A stretch of 64,000 bases of DNA. Source: a virus. A program made the translations under genes and the position numbers. The notes below the pieces were generated by a model. That model had not been told where the DNA came from. It did no database searches and worked only from the letters and a program-made list of their open reading frames with translations. Shown one piece after another: positions 1-8,427 of this stretch (its first letter is position 1; each line of letters begins with the position of its first letter). The stretch spans positions 52,333-116,332 of IMG/VR virus record IMGVR_UViG_3300037247_001689, one strand, 5' to 3'.

Positions 1-47
1 AATAAATTAAGAAAAAAGATTGAGGGTGGGTCTCTCGTATTTAAGTT

Positions 48-332
48 TTAATCCAATGCCATGTATTCTTTCCATGGCATATTTGTAAAAAAATCTATAC
101 TCCCAACGGGGACACTAACTCCGTCATTTGAATGGCCGTAAAATGTTTCTTCTATCTCATACCCATAAAGTTTTAATATCTCTCTTAGTAAAATTTTCTC
201 AATGTTGGCCGTTTTTAAATCACAAACAAAACAAGCCTTATCACCATCACCAAAGATCATATCTCTTCCATATACTGTATGCCCGATATTCTTAATATCT
301 GATTTATAAACAGATATATATTTCGATTCCAT
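48..332 (-). CDS. hypothetical phage protein
   Basis: 94-aa ORF, GGAG RBS upstream, divergent from 428. Confidence 0.7.
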   Translation of the reverse strand: MESKYISVYKSDIKNIGHTVYGRDMIFGDGDKACFVCDLKTANIEKILLREILKLYGYEIEETFYGHSNDGVSVPVGSIDFFTNMPWKEYMALD

Positions 333-354
333 TCTTAATCTCCTTTTTTAATAG

Positions 355-413
355 TTGACTTTATAATTTAATATAAGTTATAAATAATTAAAGATATAGT
401 CAATGTTTAATTT
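355..413. promoter_or_regulatory. overlapping divergent sigma70-like promoters
   Basis: TTGACT (355-360)-18 nt-TATAAA on +; inverted TTGACT (agtcaa 408-413) on -; lies between divergent ORFs. Confidence 0.5.
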
Positions 414-427
414 ATAGAGAGGGTTAT

Positions 428-715
428 ATGTCTGAATTAGAAGTAGGGTGTAAGGCTATTGTGATTGGTGGTATGCCTGATAATGTTGGTAAAATAGTAA
501 CCATTTTATTGTTTATTGGGACTGACGACAAAGAAGATGGGATCAAAGGCAACGATATCTGGGAAACGGACACCAAACTAACGGTTGGTCATTTTGATAA
601 TATAAATATACCTGATGGTAAATCAGTTTTGGAAAATGCCGTAAATATGCGTCGAATCGACGACCACAACACAGACGAATATTTCCAAAAAGAATTAAGT
701 CTAACAACACATTAA
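428..715 (+). CDS. hypothetical phage protein
   Basis: 95-aa ORF, GAGAGGG RBS. Confidence 0.7.
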   Translation: MSELEVGCKAIVIGGMPDNVGKIVTILLFIGTDDKEDGIKGNDIWETDTKLTVGHFDNINIPDGKSVLENAVNMRRIDDHNTDEYFQKELSLTTH

Positions 716-722
716 GGATATT

Positions 723-842
723 ATGAACAAATACGCAATTGCTTTTTATGTGATTATAATTGGCGTGATGTTGTATTTCCTGCCTGATTTGATAAGATTA
801 AGAATAAAATTTGACACATGGATTTTAGGATTTTTTAGCTAA
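723..842 (+). CDS. small membrane protein (39 aa, not in ORF track)
   Basis: MNKYAIAFYVIIIGVMLYFLPD...; AAGGA RBS; fills gap. Confidence 0.55.
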   Translation: MNKYAIAFYVIIIGVMLYFLPDLIRLRIKFDTWILGFFS

Positions 843-860
843 CAATACATTAAAAAACAA

Positions 861-1094
861 ATGGCACTTATCGAAATTGGAAAATACAATAAACTGCCCC
901 ATTACGAATTAATCGGGAAAGGAACGGATTTTTATGTATGGATTAATGAAGACGGTAGAGGTGAATCTTCAAAGTGGATTAAGGGGAGAACAGCGTCAAA
1001 AGAATACTATAAAATAAAGAATGAAAAAGATAAAAATAAACAGATTCAAATGATAAAAGAACTTTACGCTCGGTATGAAAAAATAACACACTAA
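861..1094 (+). CDS. hypothetical protein
   Basis: 77-aa ORF in co-oriented cluster. Confidence 0.6.
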   Translation: MALIEIGKYNKLPHYELIGKGTDFYVWINEDGRGESSKWIKGRTASKEYYKIKNEKDKNKQIQMIKELYARYEKITH

Positions 1095-1107
1095 TAAAGG
1101 ATGATAT

Positions 1108-1365
1108 ATGAGAACAGTATGGAAATGTGACTTCTGTCATAAAACAAATGATGATTCAAATTATATGGCTGATCATGAGGAAGAATGTAGTTACAACCCT
1201 AAAAATAAACTATGTTGGACGTGTTATCACGCGAAAGATAATCCAAATCAATACCCTTTCGGTGGCACACTGTTTCTATGCCTGAATAAAAAAGTCGAGT
1301 CCGATTATATGCACGATGTTATTGAAGAAAATAAACCATGTAATTATTGGGAGACTAAGCAATGA
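1108..1365 (+). CDS. Cys/His-rich putative Zn-binding protein
   Basis: CDFC..HEEEC.YNP..K.CWTC; paralogous to 38268-38527. Confidence 0.7.
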   Translation: MRTVWKCDFCHKTNDDSNYMADHEEECSYNPKNKLCWTCYHAKDNPNQYPFGGTLFLCLNKKVESDYMHDVIEENKPCNYWETKQ

Positions 1366-1535
1366 AAAGTCAGACAATAACACTTATTATATTACAACTA
1401 GTTTTAATCTTTATCGGGGCTTGTAGACCAGATGAGCTAAAAATATATGATTATTACATAGGTTCTTTGCTTGGGGCAGTGCTATCCTTCTCAAATATGG
1501 CTATTTATAAAATTCAAAACAGGGCGGGTAAATGA
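1362..1535 (+). CDS. small two-hydrophobic-segment protein (57 aa, not in ORF track)
   Basis: MKSQTITLIILQLVLIFIGAC...YYIGSLLGAVLSFSNMAIY; ATGA overlaps on both sides. Confidence 0.6.
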   Translation: MKSQTITLIILQLVLIFIGACRPDELKIYDYYIGSLLGAVLSFSNMAIYKIQNRAGK

Positions 1536-1807
1536 AAAAACTCTTAATTTTAATTATTATATTAATGGTTCCTTTGGTTGGATTTGGAAATTGCGGGACA
1601 ATAGAACATAATTACAAAAAGTATACTAGCGTCATTTCAGTCTATTGGGTTAGGGCAATCAATATGGAGAAAGGTAAGAAAACCATTAATGTGTTTACTA
1701 CGGACACGATGTCTAGTTGGGTAAGGCTCGATTTCAAAACAAAAAAAGAGACAGTGGCGTATTTTGATAATTTGGTGATAAAAATGAATCAGTGCAAATT
1801 CAAATAA
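1532..1807 (+). CDS. secreted hypothetical protein
   Basis: N-terminal signal peptide MKKLLILIIILMVPLVGFG. Confidence 0.65.
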   Translation: MKKLLILIIILMVPLVGFGNCGTIEHNYKKYTSVISVYWVRAINMEKGKKTINVFTTDTMSSWVRLDFKTKKETVAYFDNLVIKMNQCKFK

Positions 1808-1993
1808 AAGGATAACTATGAGAATGTGTATAATAATATCATGTATTTTATATTGGTTTATTGGTGGGTTTGACAGCCAGATTTACAATAATGATTTTTA
1901 TAACGCTTTTAAGCCCGCTACGTTGATATATTGCTTTGTCTGTTTCATTCAAGCTATTGAAAAAGATTTCTCACAAATAAAAGGATAACTATG
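1801..1993 (+). repeat. 20-bp direct repeat CAAATAAAAGGATAACTATG spanning RBS and start codon
   Basis: exact copies at 1801-1820 and 1974-1993. Confidence 0.85.
1818..1988 (+). CDS. small membrane protein (56 aa, not in ORF track)
   Basis: two hydrophobic stretches; AAGGA RBS inside 20-bp repeat. Confidence 0.55.
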   Translation: MRMCIIISCILYWFIGGFDSQIYNNDFYNAFKPATLIYCFVCFIQAIEKDFSQIKG

Positions 1994-2122
1994 TCACAAA
2001 GTAAATTAGTAAAAGCGATTGATATTCTAGCGTGTAAATGGATGGCGTTTGGATTTATGACAGGTATGTCCTGTGGTGGCATGTTGGTATTTATTGCTAT
2101 CCATTATTTAGGAAAAGGATAA
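1991..2122 (+). CDS. small membrane protein (43 aa, not in ORF track)
   Basis: MSQSKLVKAIDILACKWMAFGFMTGMSCGGMLVFIAIHYLGKG; repeat-borne RBS. Confidence 0.55.
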   Translation: MSQSKLVKAIDILACKWMAFGFMTGMSCGGMLVFIAIHYLGKG

Positions 2123-2124
2123 AT

Positions 2125-2403
2125 ATGGATAAATCAAAAATAGGTGTTAACGAAAGGCCAATGCCGACAACAAAATGTCCAACGTCAAGACCAAATAAAA
2201 CTATGGATAAATGGATTAAAGAATCAGAAAACAATGCAAGGGTATACGGCCCGATATATGATGAAGGTGATTTAATAAGCAGAAAACCTTCCGTTGTTTA
2301 CGCAGTGAGTGATAGTACAAACGAAATAGACTTAAAGGGAGAATTTACAATTGAACATCTAGAGGCTTTAGTTTCACACATGAAAAAATATAATAAGGAG
2401 TGA
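2125..2403 (+). CDS. hypothetical protein (start revised to MDKSKIG)
   Basis: AAAGGATAAAT-ATG at 2125, in frame with track ORF 2038..2403. Confidence 0.6.
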   Translation: MDKSKIGVNERPMPTTKCPTSRPNKTMDKWIKESENNARVYGPIYDEGDLISRKPSVVYAVSDSTNEIDLKGEFTIEHLEALVSHMKKYNKE

Positions 2404-2433
2404 GTATATTTTTAAAACGAAAATTATAATCAC

Positions 2434-2523
2434 GGTGCAGTAAGCGAGACTTATTTTACGGCGCTACCCAATTGAACTAGTCGAGCCTATGTTGGTATAA
2501 AAAATTGCTTTGGGGACTGCACT
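2434..2523. ncRNA. candidate structured RNA element
   Basis: GGTGCAGT/ACTGCACT and AAGCGA/TTGCTT stems enclosing a tRNA D-arm-like fragment on the minus strand. Confidence 0.3.
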
Positions 2524-2552
2524 TAATTATTAAATGTAAACAGTGGATATTT

Positions 2553-3347
2553 ATGAAAACAATCCTAACAATAATCATAATACTAATTTCAAGTAGTTCA
2601 TCAGCCTTTGAAATCCCCAAAAATAAAAGAATTGATCATTGGGTTAATTATTTCCAAGGCAGACATTTCTTCCAAAAAGCATTGAATAAATCAGCACTAT
2701 ACCGTCCTAAAATCGTCTCTATTTTCGAGAAAAAAGGATTACCTAGCGAATTATCGTGGTTACCACTTATCGAATCAGTTTATGATTGTTCGGCACTTAG
2801 TGAAGCGAAAGCGGCGGGATGTTGGCAAATTATGGATAAAACAGGCAAGTCGCTTGGTTTAAAAAATGGTCCGTGGGAAGACCAGAGATACAACTTTGAA
2901 AAGTCCACCAACGCAGCGGCAGTCTATTTAAAAAAATTACACAGACGATTCGGAAGGTGGGAATTAGCAATTGCAGCTTACAACTATGGGCCGACAGCAT
3001 TACATAAGAAAGTAAAAAAGATTGGCAACGATTTCTGGGAATTGAAATTACCACAAGAGACAATGGATTATGTACCGAAATTTTACGCAGTGATCGTGAT
3101 TGTTTCGGATTTACAAAAATACGGATTTACAAAACCAAAGAACCGGTTCGTCACGGTAAAATTAAAGAAAGGCTCTCATAATTTACGGTATATTGCAAAA
3201 CTTTTGAGGGTTAAATATAGAGATTTTGAGAACTTAAATCCAGGTTTTAAGGTCGGGTATACTTCACCAGATAGGCAGATAACTCTGTTTTTACGGAAGG
3301 ATTGGAATTATAAGGTGCTTAATAATTTCGGGTTTTTGGAGAATTAA
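2553..3347 (+). CDS. secreted lytic transglycosylase, SLT/MltD-like, with LysM-like C-terminus
   Basis: signal peptide; LPLIES, A.S.A.AAGCWQIM, AIAAYNYG and LPQETMDYVPKF motifs of the MltD family. Confidence 0.9.
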   Translation: MKTILTIIIILISSSSSAFEIPKNKRIDHWVNYFQGRHFFQKALNKSALYRPKIVSIFEKKGLPSELSWLPLIESVYDCSALSEAKAAGCWQIMDKTGKSLGLKNGPWEDQRYNFEKSTNAAAVYLKKLHRRFGRWELAIAAYNYGPTALHKKVKKIGNDFWELKLPQETMDYVPKFYAVIVIVSDLQKYGFTKPKNRFVTVKLKKGSHNLRYIAKLLRVKYRDFENLNPGFKVGYTSPDRQITLFLRKDWNYKVLNNFGFLEN

Positions 3348-3369
3348 AATTAAATAACTTATTATTTAC

Positions 3370-3398
3370 TTGACGGATTCCGACAAATTAAATAATAT
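3370..3398 (+). promoter_or_regulatory. sigma70-like promoter
   Basis: TTGACG-17 nt-TAATAT upstream of 3451. Confidence 0.6.
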
Positions 3399-3450
3399 TG
3401 AGACAAGTTAAACGAATTAAACCAAAAACACTTAATTGGGGAATTAAGAA

Positions 3451-3726
3451 ATGACTAAAAAAATAAGAATTTATGTAAGCCAGTATGGAAGTATTTACTC
3501 TCTAAAAATAAATGAATGGGTTAGTATTGTAAAAGAAGCTGTTAAGACTGGAAGTTATGAATTAACAAGTAAAAGATTAAAGTCAAAGCCAGCTTGTTTA
3601 AGAATTGATGGATATGGTCATTATTATTCTATACAATCGGATAAAGAATTAATTGAACCGCTTGACTGGGATTGTGAAGATTTTAAAAACTGGGCGGAGT
3701 CACACTATGAAGAAATGGCTGCTTAG
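3451..3726 (+). CDS. hypothetical protein
   Basis: 91-aa ORF downstream of promoter, GGGGA RBS. Confidence 0.65.
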   Translation: MTKKIRIYVSQYGSIYSLKINEWVSIVKEAVKTGSYELTSKRLKSKPACLRIDGYGHYYSIQSDKELIEPLDWDCEDFKNWAESHYEEMAA

Positions 3727-3743
3727 CTTAACCGGCAACGAAA

Positions 3744-3793
3744 AACCGCTGAAAATAGTAGGCGGTTTAACTTTTAAAATTGAGAATAAAATG
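3744..3793 (+). repeat. 50-bp hairpin/RBS element, copy 1
   Basis: AACCGCTGAAAATAGTAGGCGGTTTAACTTTTAAAATTGAGAATAAAATG; 43/50 identical to 4279-4328. Confidence 0.85.
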
Positions 3794-4009
3794 ATTAAAG
3801 ATGATAAAAACGAAAAGACAACACCAAAGAAAAAAGCTCAGGATATTTTAATGGACAAGGTTTCTGTGGCACTTGGATATTGGACAGAAGGCGATTATGA
3901 TTCAGAAGTCATGACAGTAAAAGAAAGGGTTGAGGTACAAAGGCAAATGAAAATTCAGGCTGACAGAATAGCTAAAATGTTTGGTTTTGACGAAGCGTGG
4001 GAAAGCTAA
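3791..4009 (+). CDS. hypothetical protein (start revised to MIKDDK)
   Basis: ATG at the end of the repeat element. Confidence 0.6.
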   Translation: MIKDDKNEKTTPKKKAQDILMDKVSVALGYWTEGDYDSEVMTVKERVEVQRQMKIQADRIAKMFGFDEAWES

Positions 4010-4248
4010 TGATAAAATTAAAAAAATATAAAACATGTAAATTTACATCTGGGTCTTATCATTGTTGGGAATATAAAGTATGTTCTGGTGAAGATGAAAA
4101 AGAAGAAAAAAGGGCATGCATATTGATGAAATTAATTAAAAAAAATAAAATTATTGGGCTAAGTCTCCGTGAATGGAAATATTTTAAACATCAAAATTTC
4201 ATGTATCATATTTCAGGAATGGAAATGAGGGAATTGTCAAAATGGTAG
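4009..4248 (+). CDS. hypothetical protein
   Basis: TAATG coupling at 4007-4011. Confidence 0.55.
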   Translation: MIKLKKYKTCKFTSGSYHCWEYKVCSGEDEKEEKRACILMKLIKKNKIIGLSLREWKYFKHQNFMYHISGMEMRELSKW

Positions 4249-4278
4249 AATGGATTAATGAAATTATAAACAACAACC

Positions 4279-4328
4279 AACCGCTGAATATAGTTGGCGG
4301 CTTAACTTTTAAAACTGGGTGTAAAATG
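4279..4328 (+). repeat. 50-bp hairpin/RBS element, copy 2
   Basis: AACCGCTGAATATAGTTGGCGGCTTAACTTTTAAAACTGGGTGTAAAATG. Confidence 0.85.
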
Positions 4329-4535
4329 GCTATAGTATTTAAGAAAACATCAAAAGGATATGAATACAGAACAAGCTACAAAAAGCATATTACGTCAGAG
4401 TGGAAACTTGATATTTATAAATCGAGTGATTTAAAAGGGTGGATAGTTTATTTTTACAAGTATGGAGAATTTTTTAAAAAACAGCCATTAAATAAACTGA
4501 CAGCAGTAAAAGAATTTATAAAAAATAATATCTAA
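4326..4535 (+). CDS. hypothetical protein (start revised to MAIVFKK)
   Basis: ATG at the end of the repeat element. Confidence 0.6.
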   Translation: MAIVFKKTSKGYEYRTSYKKHITSEWKLDIYKSSDLKGWIVYFYKYGEFFKKQPLNKLTAVKEFIKNNI

Positions 4536-4541
4536 CAATTC

Positions 4542-4573
4542 CCCTACGGTAACGGATAAAGCCGACCGTAGGG
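4542..4573. terminator. hairpin at convergence of transcription units
   Basis: CCCTACGGT/ACCGTAGGG stem plus inner CGG/CCG; between convergent stops at 4535 and 4585; weak U-tracts. Confidence 0.55.
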
Positions 4574-4584
4574 TTCTAATCTAA

Positions 4585-5265
4585 TTAAGGACCAATCTTA
4601 ATCGCCGACTGCTCAGTAAAACCAATTTTCTTCCTAACAGTTGGCGTTTGAACAATATCATTTGAAGTCTTAACCGATATCTTTAAATCCATAAATCTAG
4701 ATCCAAAGCTTTCCGTTTCGGTTCCAGATACAAGCAACCTAAAATATTGAAAAGTATCCATCTCAGCCAGTAACAATATTTGATCATCCCCGCCAGCTTC
4801 TCCATCGCCTCTGTCAGTCACATTTGAAGTTGCTTTATAGATCGTGGTCGTTCCATCTGTTAATTCAATGGAAACTTTTAAGCCGGACGAGTTAGAATCA
4901 ATTCTGAATTCTGGTTGCCAGTCATCTGCTTTATTTACTGTTTGCTCCCAGATATTAATATCGAAAGGAATTTGTAGGAATGTGCTTGGTATACTTGCGA
5001 AGGAATCAATATCAATTTGTTTTGCATTCAACTGATTTGTCATTGTCCAAGTATACTCTTCATATCCTACTGGAAATGAATCAAGGTTAGCATAGGGCCA
5101 TTGAAAAATACCCGTTGTTCCAAATTGTACGCATACCGTGTCTGCTAATAATGCTGGGGTAACATCATTCCTTTCTTTATCAAATAATTGAATAGTCACG
5201 GTGTCCCCATTTGCGAACAAAGCTTGAGCATGTGCATCTTGAATGTCTTTTAGATTGAGTTCCAT
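4585..5265 (-). CDS. putative virion-associated beta-rich protein
   Basis: acidic, beta-strand-like composition; co-transcribed with the 1050-aa fibre. Confidence 0.55.
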   Translation of the reverse strand: MELNLKDIQDAHAQALFANGDTVTIQLFDKERNDVTPALLADTVCVQFGTTGIFQWPYANLDSFPVGYEEYTWTMTNQLNAKQIDIDSFASIPSTFLQIPFDINIWEQTVNKADDWQPEFRIDSNSSGLKVSIELTDGTTTIYKATSNVTDRGDGEAGGDDQILLLAEMDTFQYFRLLVSGTETESFGSRFMDLKISVKTSNDIVQTPTVRKKIGFTEQSAIKIGP

Positions 5266-5274
5266 TGTTTCCTT

Positions 5275-8200
5275 TTAGGTTGTCACTTTACTGGTTCTTA
5301 TGATTGGGTGATCAGCGCTATCAGTGATATCTTCCCAATCTTCCCCGACGAATAAACCGCTTGGTGGTGTAATCAAAGTTCCTGTTTTTCTAGATACAAA
5401 TTCCATGGCTGTTTCAGATTCGTTAACATATAAAACCTTCCCTTTTTGCCCTGTATAACTTGATGGCGTATCGGTTAACCCTGGTAATGTTAAAACTCCT
5501 GTTCCTCCAGCACCGCCTCCTGCTGTCGTATTCGGTATTTTCCCCCTGAGATCTTCAGTGTCATATAATGACCATGATGTCCCGCCTGGCTGTAATACAA
5601 ATGTAAACCTTGCGATTAAAAACCCGACACCTCTAAAACCGATAGGGATATCATAAACGGAAAAATTAGAAGCGTCTGATACTGCATTTGCAGGTATATT
5701 TTTTGAATAAGACCCAACGGGCAAATTTAACATTAAATGGGATGTTTGTCCTGTTCTGTTTTGGACTCCCCACACCACAAAACTAAAACTTGAATTTGAT
5801 AATGTTGCGCCTAACGCATCTAAAATTTCACTGTTAAGATTATTTATGGTTAAATAAGGTGTCACAGAATGATTAATAACATGCATGTCGTCACCTGTCT
5901 GCATGTCAAAAGATGGAAAATCTTGTTTATGAATTTGGTATGCCTTCCCAGATGTGGTCGAAACCCAAACGTCATCTGGAGTAGAACCTTCGTCAATCGT
6001 AACTGATCCTTCTACACCGCTATGGTAAACAGATTGCATTTGGCGCATTCTTTCTGTGATATGTGAAAGATGGCCTTGAAAAGAAGTAGTGCTTTCTATG
6101 TGATCATTCCAATTGTGATTTTTCAGAGCATCATCAGTTTGAGTTGTCGCGGCAGTTCTTAAGATAACAGAAGCTACTTTTATGTGTTCTGCTGTCGGCC
6201 AGTCAGATGTGCTGGTCGTTAAAACCTTTGTGCTTTTAGGAATGTATATAAAATTCTCTTGTGGTATGTCATCTGTACCAGGAGTTAAAACTATTGTTGC
6301 AGAAGGGGTCGCGGTAAACATCGTAAACCCGTCACTAAATATCATAGTTATATCAGGGTGCCCGTTTTCAGGGGAAAGACTACCCGTGATGACTGCACCA
6401 TTGCTTGAGACTGTAAAATTAATTGCCTCTCTGAATGTTCCGTTCCAAAAATTTACTACTGTATCCTCTGGCTCTCCGTTGGCATTAATAAAGAAAGATC
6501 CAGTCACAGCGTCAGTCTTAGTTACTCCCCCCATCATGATTGAATAATCTGGGAATTCTGGCTTTGTGTCCGTTAAGTCACCCGCGACTGTAGAGCTTAC
6601 CCAAATTGGCGAACCCTCAGTTAGCGATGATGTATCAACGCCACGAACTCTCCCAAAACGTGTTGCTAATCCGAAAGATTCATCTGGAATATCCATGGTT
6701 GTAACATATTTTGAAACAGATATGGTTTCGTGAGTGTCTGATATCATTTTTTCAATCGAAGGGCGTTCCATAAAAGTAGTAACTGGATATACAGCCTTCC
6801 CATTTTCAATCAAACTTCCAGAATCGTTATAGACAATAGTGTATAATTCTTGACCGACTTGAAGAACCGGACCTAACCCTGTTATTATATCAATCGTGAA
6901 ATCGTCAGAATTCCATGATAATACGTCATCAGGAGCACCTGTTAATTTTACAGAATCAAAAACATGTGCTTCAACTTTTTCTTCTGTATAATACTTATTT
7001 ATTCCTTCCGTTATATCGTCAGTATCGAGGGTTATGATACCTGTTTTGCCGGATACGCTTTGAACCAGATCTTCACTTGGTATTTTTTCCCAAATTAACC
7101 CTGAGTAAATCAAGGCATCGCCAGGTGCGACTTTAATATTTCCAGACCCGAAATCATGCGTACCGGAAACTGAGTTTTTATAAAAATCTCCTAAATCGCC
7201 TGTTCCATCAATTAAAGTTGGCGTATTTGTAATGATATTATAGGCACCTTTATAATCCATTACTGAAGCTGGTAATTGTGCAGCTGGGATTTTACTTCCA
7301 GAATCTAAAGTTGCCACACCATTTGCGGATCCTTTTTGTGAAAGTGGTATTTGCTGAACGTTGTCAACATTCCCAAGGTCGACTTGTGTTTTCGTAACAT
7401 TGTGGGGATCGTCGGTCGCGATTCTATGTGCGTTATTTAACACCACGTCAGAGTGGTTTTTACCATCAGAAGTACGATGCGTATCATTTAGAGCGACATT
7501 AGTATGGTCAGACCCATTCCCTGCTCTATGAGAATTATTTAGAACAACATCAGAGTGATCTTTACCATCACTTCCTGTGTGGGTCGTGTTTAATGCGACA
7601 TTAGTATGGTCAGACCCATTCCCATTGCGGTGAGTATTGTTTAACACAACATCACCATGACTTTTTCCGTCTGCGTCTCTGTGAAGGGTATTTGAGTTAA
7701 CATTCGTATTGCTGTTAACCCGTGATTCTGTATAATAAAGATTAACATTTTCATCGATATCATTTGTGTCGAGGACAACCGCCCCTGTTTGTTCATTAAC
7801 TGATTGAACAGATGCAGGAGAAGGGATGTCTTCCCAAATCAAACCATTGTATATTAATGAATCACCTTCTGATACTGCAACATTACCTGACCCAAAGTCT
7901 CTTGTACCTGCGACACTACAGATAAAATAGTCCCCGTTAGTTCCTGTTCCATCTATAACAGTAGGTGTGTTCGTGACAATATTATATGTACCTAAATAAG
8001 TCTGTGGGGATGTCGGTAGTAATGCGATTGGAACCTTGCCGTCTCCACCAAGAGGTGTATATCCGTTTGCTTGACCTTTTTCAGCTAGATTCTCAGCAGT
8101 ATATCCAAGTGCATCTTGTTTACCATTCCAAGTTGATTTCTCAGAATCTGAGACGAACCGGTTATTTAAATCTTGAGTGATAATTGCAGGGGGATGGTTA

Positions 8201-8427
8201 ACGGGGTGAGAATAATTATTAGCATTTTCATCAATATCTGCCAGTTTAGTTTCTTCTTCAGTCGTATAACTTGCAGTGTCGCCGTCCAATATCGCTTTAT
8301 TTGTGTGTGAATGCCCTAATGCTTCCTCCCATGCAACATCGCCGGGATTTGATGATTGTTTGACCAAATGCTCACCAGTATTCCCGTCTTGGGGTAGTTC
8401 TTTTGATCCTAACGTCGGTCTACTCAT
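5275..8427 (-). CDS. large repeat-containing fibre (head or tail) protein
   Basis: phage fibre motifs YSHPVNHP, PHNVTKTQVDLGNVDN, KGxANGxAxLDxxGKVP, VQSVNxxTGxVxL; duplicated ~120-aa domain; His repeats. Confidence 0.8.
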   Translation of the reverse strand: MSRPTLGSKELPQDGNTGEHLVKQSSNPGDVAWEEALGHSHTNKAILDGDTASYTTEEETKLADIDENANNYSHPVNHPPAIITQDLNNRFVSDSEKSTWNGKQDALGYTAENLAEKGQANGYTPLGGDGKVPIALLPTSPQTYLGTYNIVTNTPTVIDGTGTNGDYFICSVAGTRDFGSGNVAVSEGDSLIYNGLIWEDIPSPASVQSVNEQTGAVVLDTNDIDENVNLYYTESRVNSNTNVNSNTLHRDADGKSHGDVVLNNTHRNGNGSDHTNVALNTTHTGSDGKDHSDVVLNNSHRAGNGSDHTNVALNDTHRTSDGKNHSDVVLNNAHRIATDDPHNVTKTQVDLGNVDNVQQIPLSQKGSANGVATLDSGSKIPAAQLPASVMDYKGAYNIITNTPTLIDGTGDLGDFYKNSVSGTHDFGSGNIKVAPGDALIYSGLIWEKIPSEDLVQSVSGKTGIITLDTDDITEGINKYYTEEKVEAHVFDSVKLTGAPDDVLSWNSDDFTIDIITGLGPVLQVGQELYTIVYNDSGSLIENGKAVYPVTTFMERPSIEKMISDTHETISVSKYVTTMDIPDESFGLATRFGRVRGVDTSSLTEGSPIWVSSTVAGDLTDTKPEFPDYSIMMGGVTKTDAVTGSFFINANGEPEDTVVNFWNGTFREAINFTVSSNGAVITGSLSPENGHPDITMIFSDGFTMFTATPSATIVLTPGTDDIPQENFIYIPKSTKVLTTSTSDWPTAEHIKVASVILRTAATTQTDDALKNHNWNDHIESTTSFQGHLSHITERMRQMQSVYHSGVEGSVTIDEGSTPDDVWVSTTSGKAYQIHKQDFPSFDMQTGDDMHVINHSVTPYLTINNLNSEILDALGATLSNSSFSFVVWGVQNRTGQTSHLMLNLPVGSYSKNIPANAVSDASNFSVYDIPIGFRGVGFLIARFTFVLQPGGTSWSLYDTEDLRGKIPNTTAGGGAGGTGVLTLPGLTDTPSSYTGQKGKVLYVNESETAMEFVSRKTGTLITPPSGLFVGEDWEDITDSADHPIIRTSKVTT
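7493..7623. repeat. 29-bp exact direct repeat inside the fibre His-repeat region
   Basis: GCGACATTAGTATGGTCAGACCCATTCCC at 7493-7521 and 7595-7623 (102-bp period). Confidence 0.9.

Noticed and set aside
1362-1535. Unimolecular spanin (lipobox-like IGAC plus C-terminal TM)
   Set aside because: The linker between the two anchors is about 10 aa, too short to span a periplasm.
2455-2490. Complete tRNA gene on the minus strand
   Set aside because: There is no T-arm (GTTCRA), anticodon stem or acceptor 3' strand, so it is kept only as a fragment inside a candidate RNA.
3653-4325. Paralogous proteins sharing PL.IVGGLTFK
   Set aside because: This is an artefact of upstream start calls translating the non-coding 50-bp repeat.
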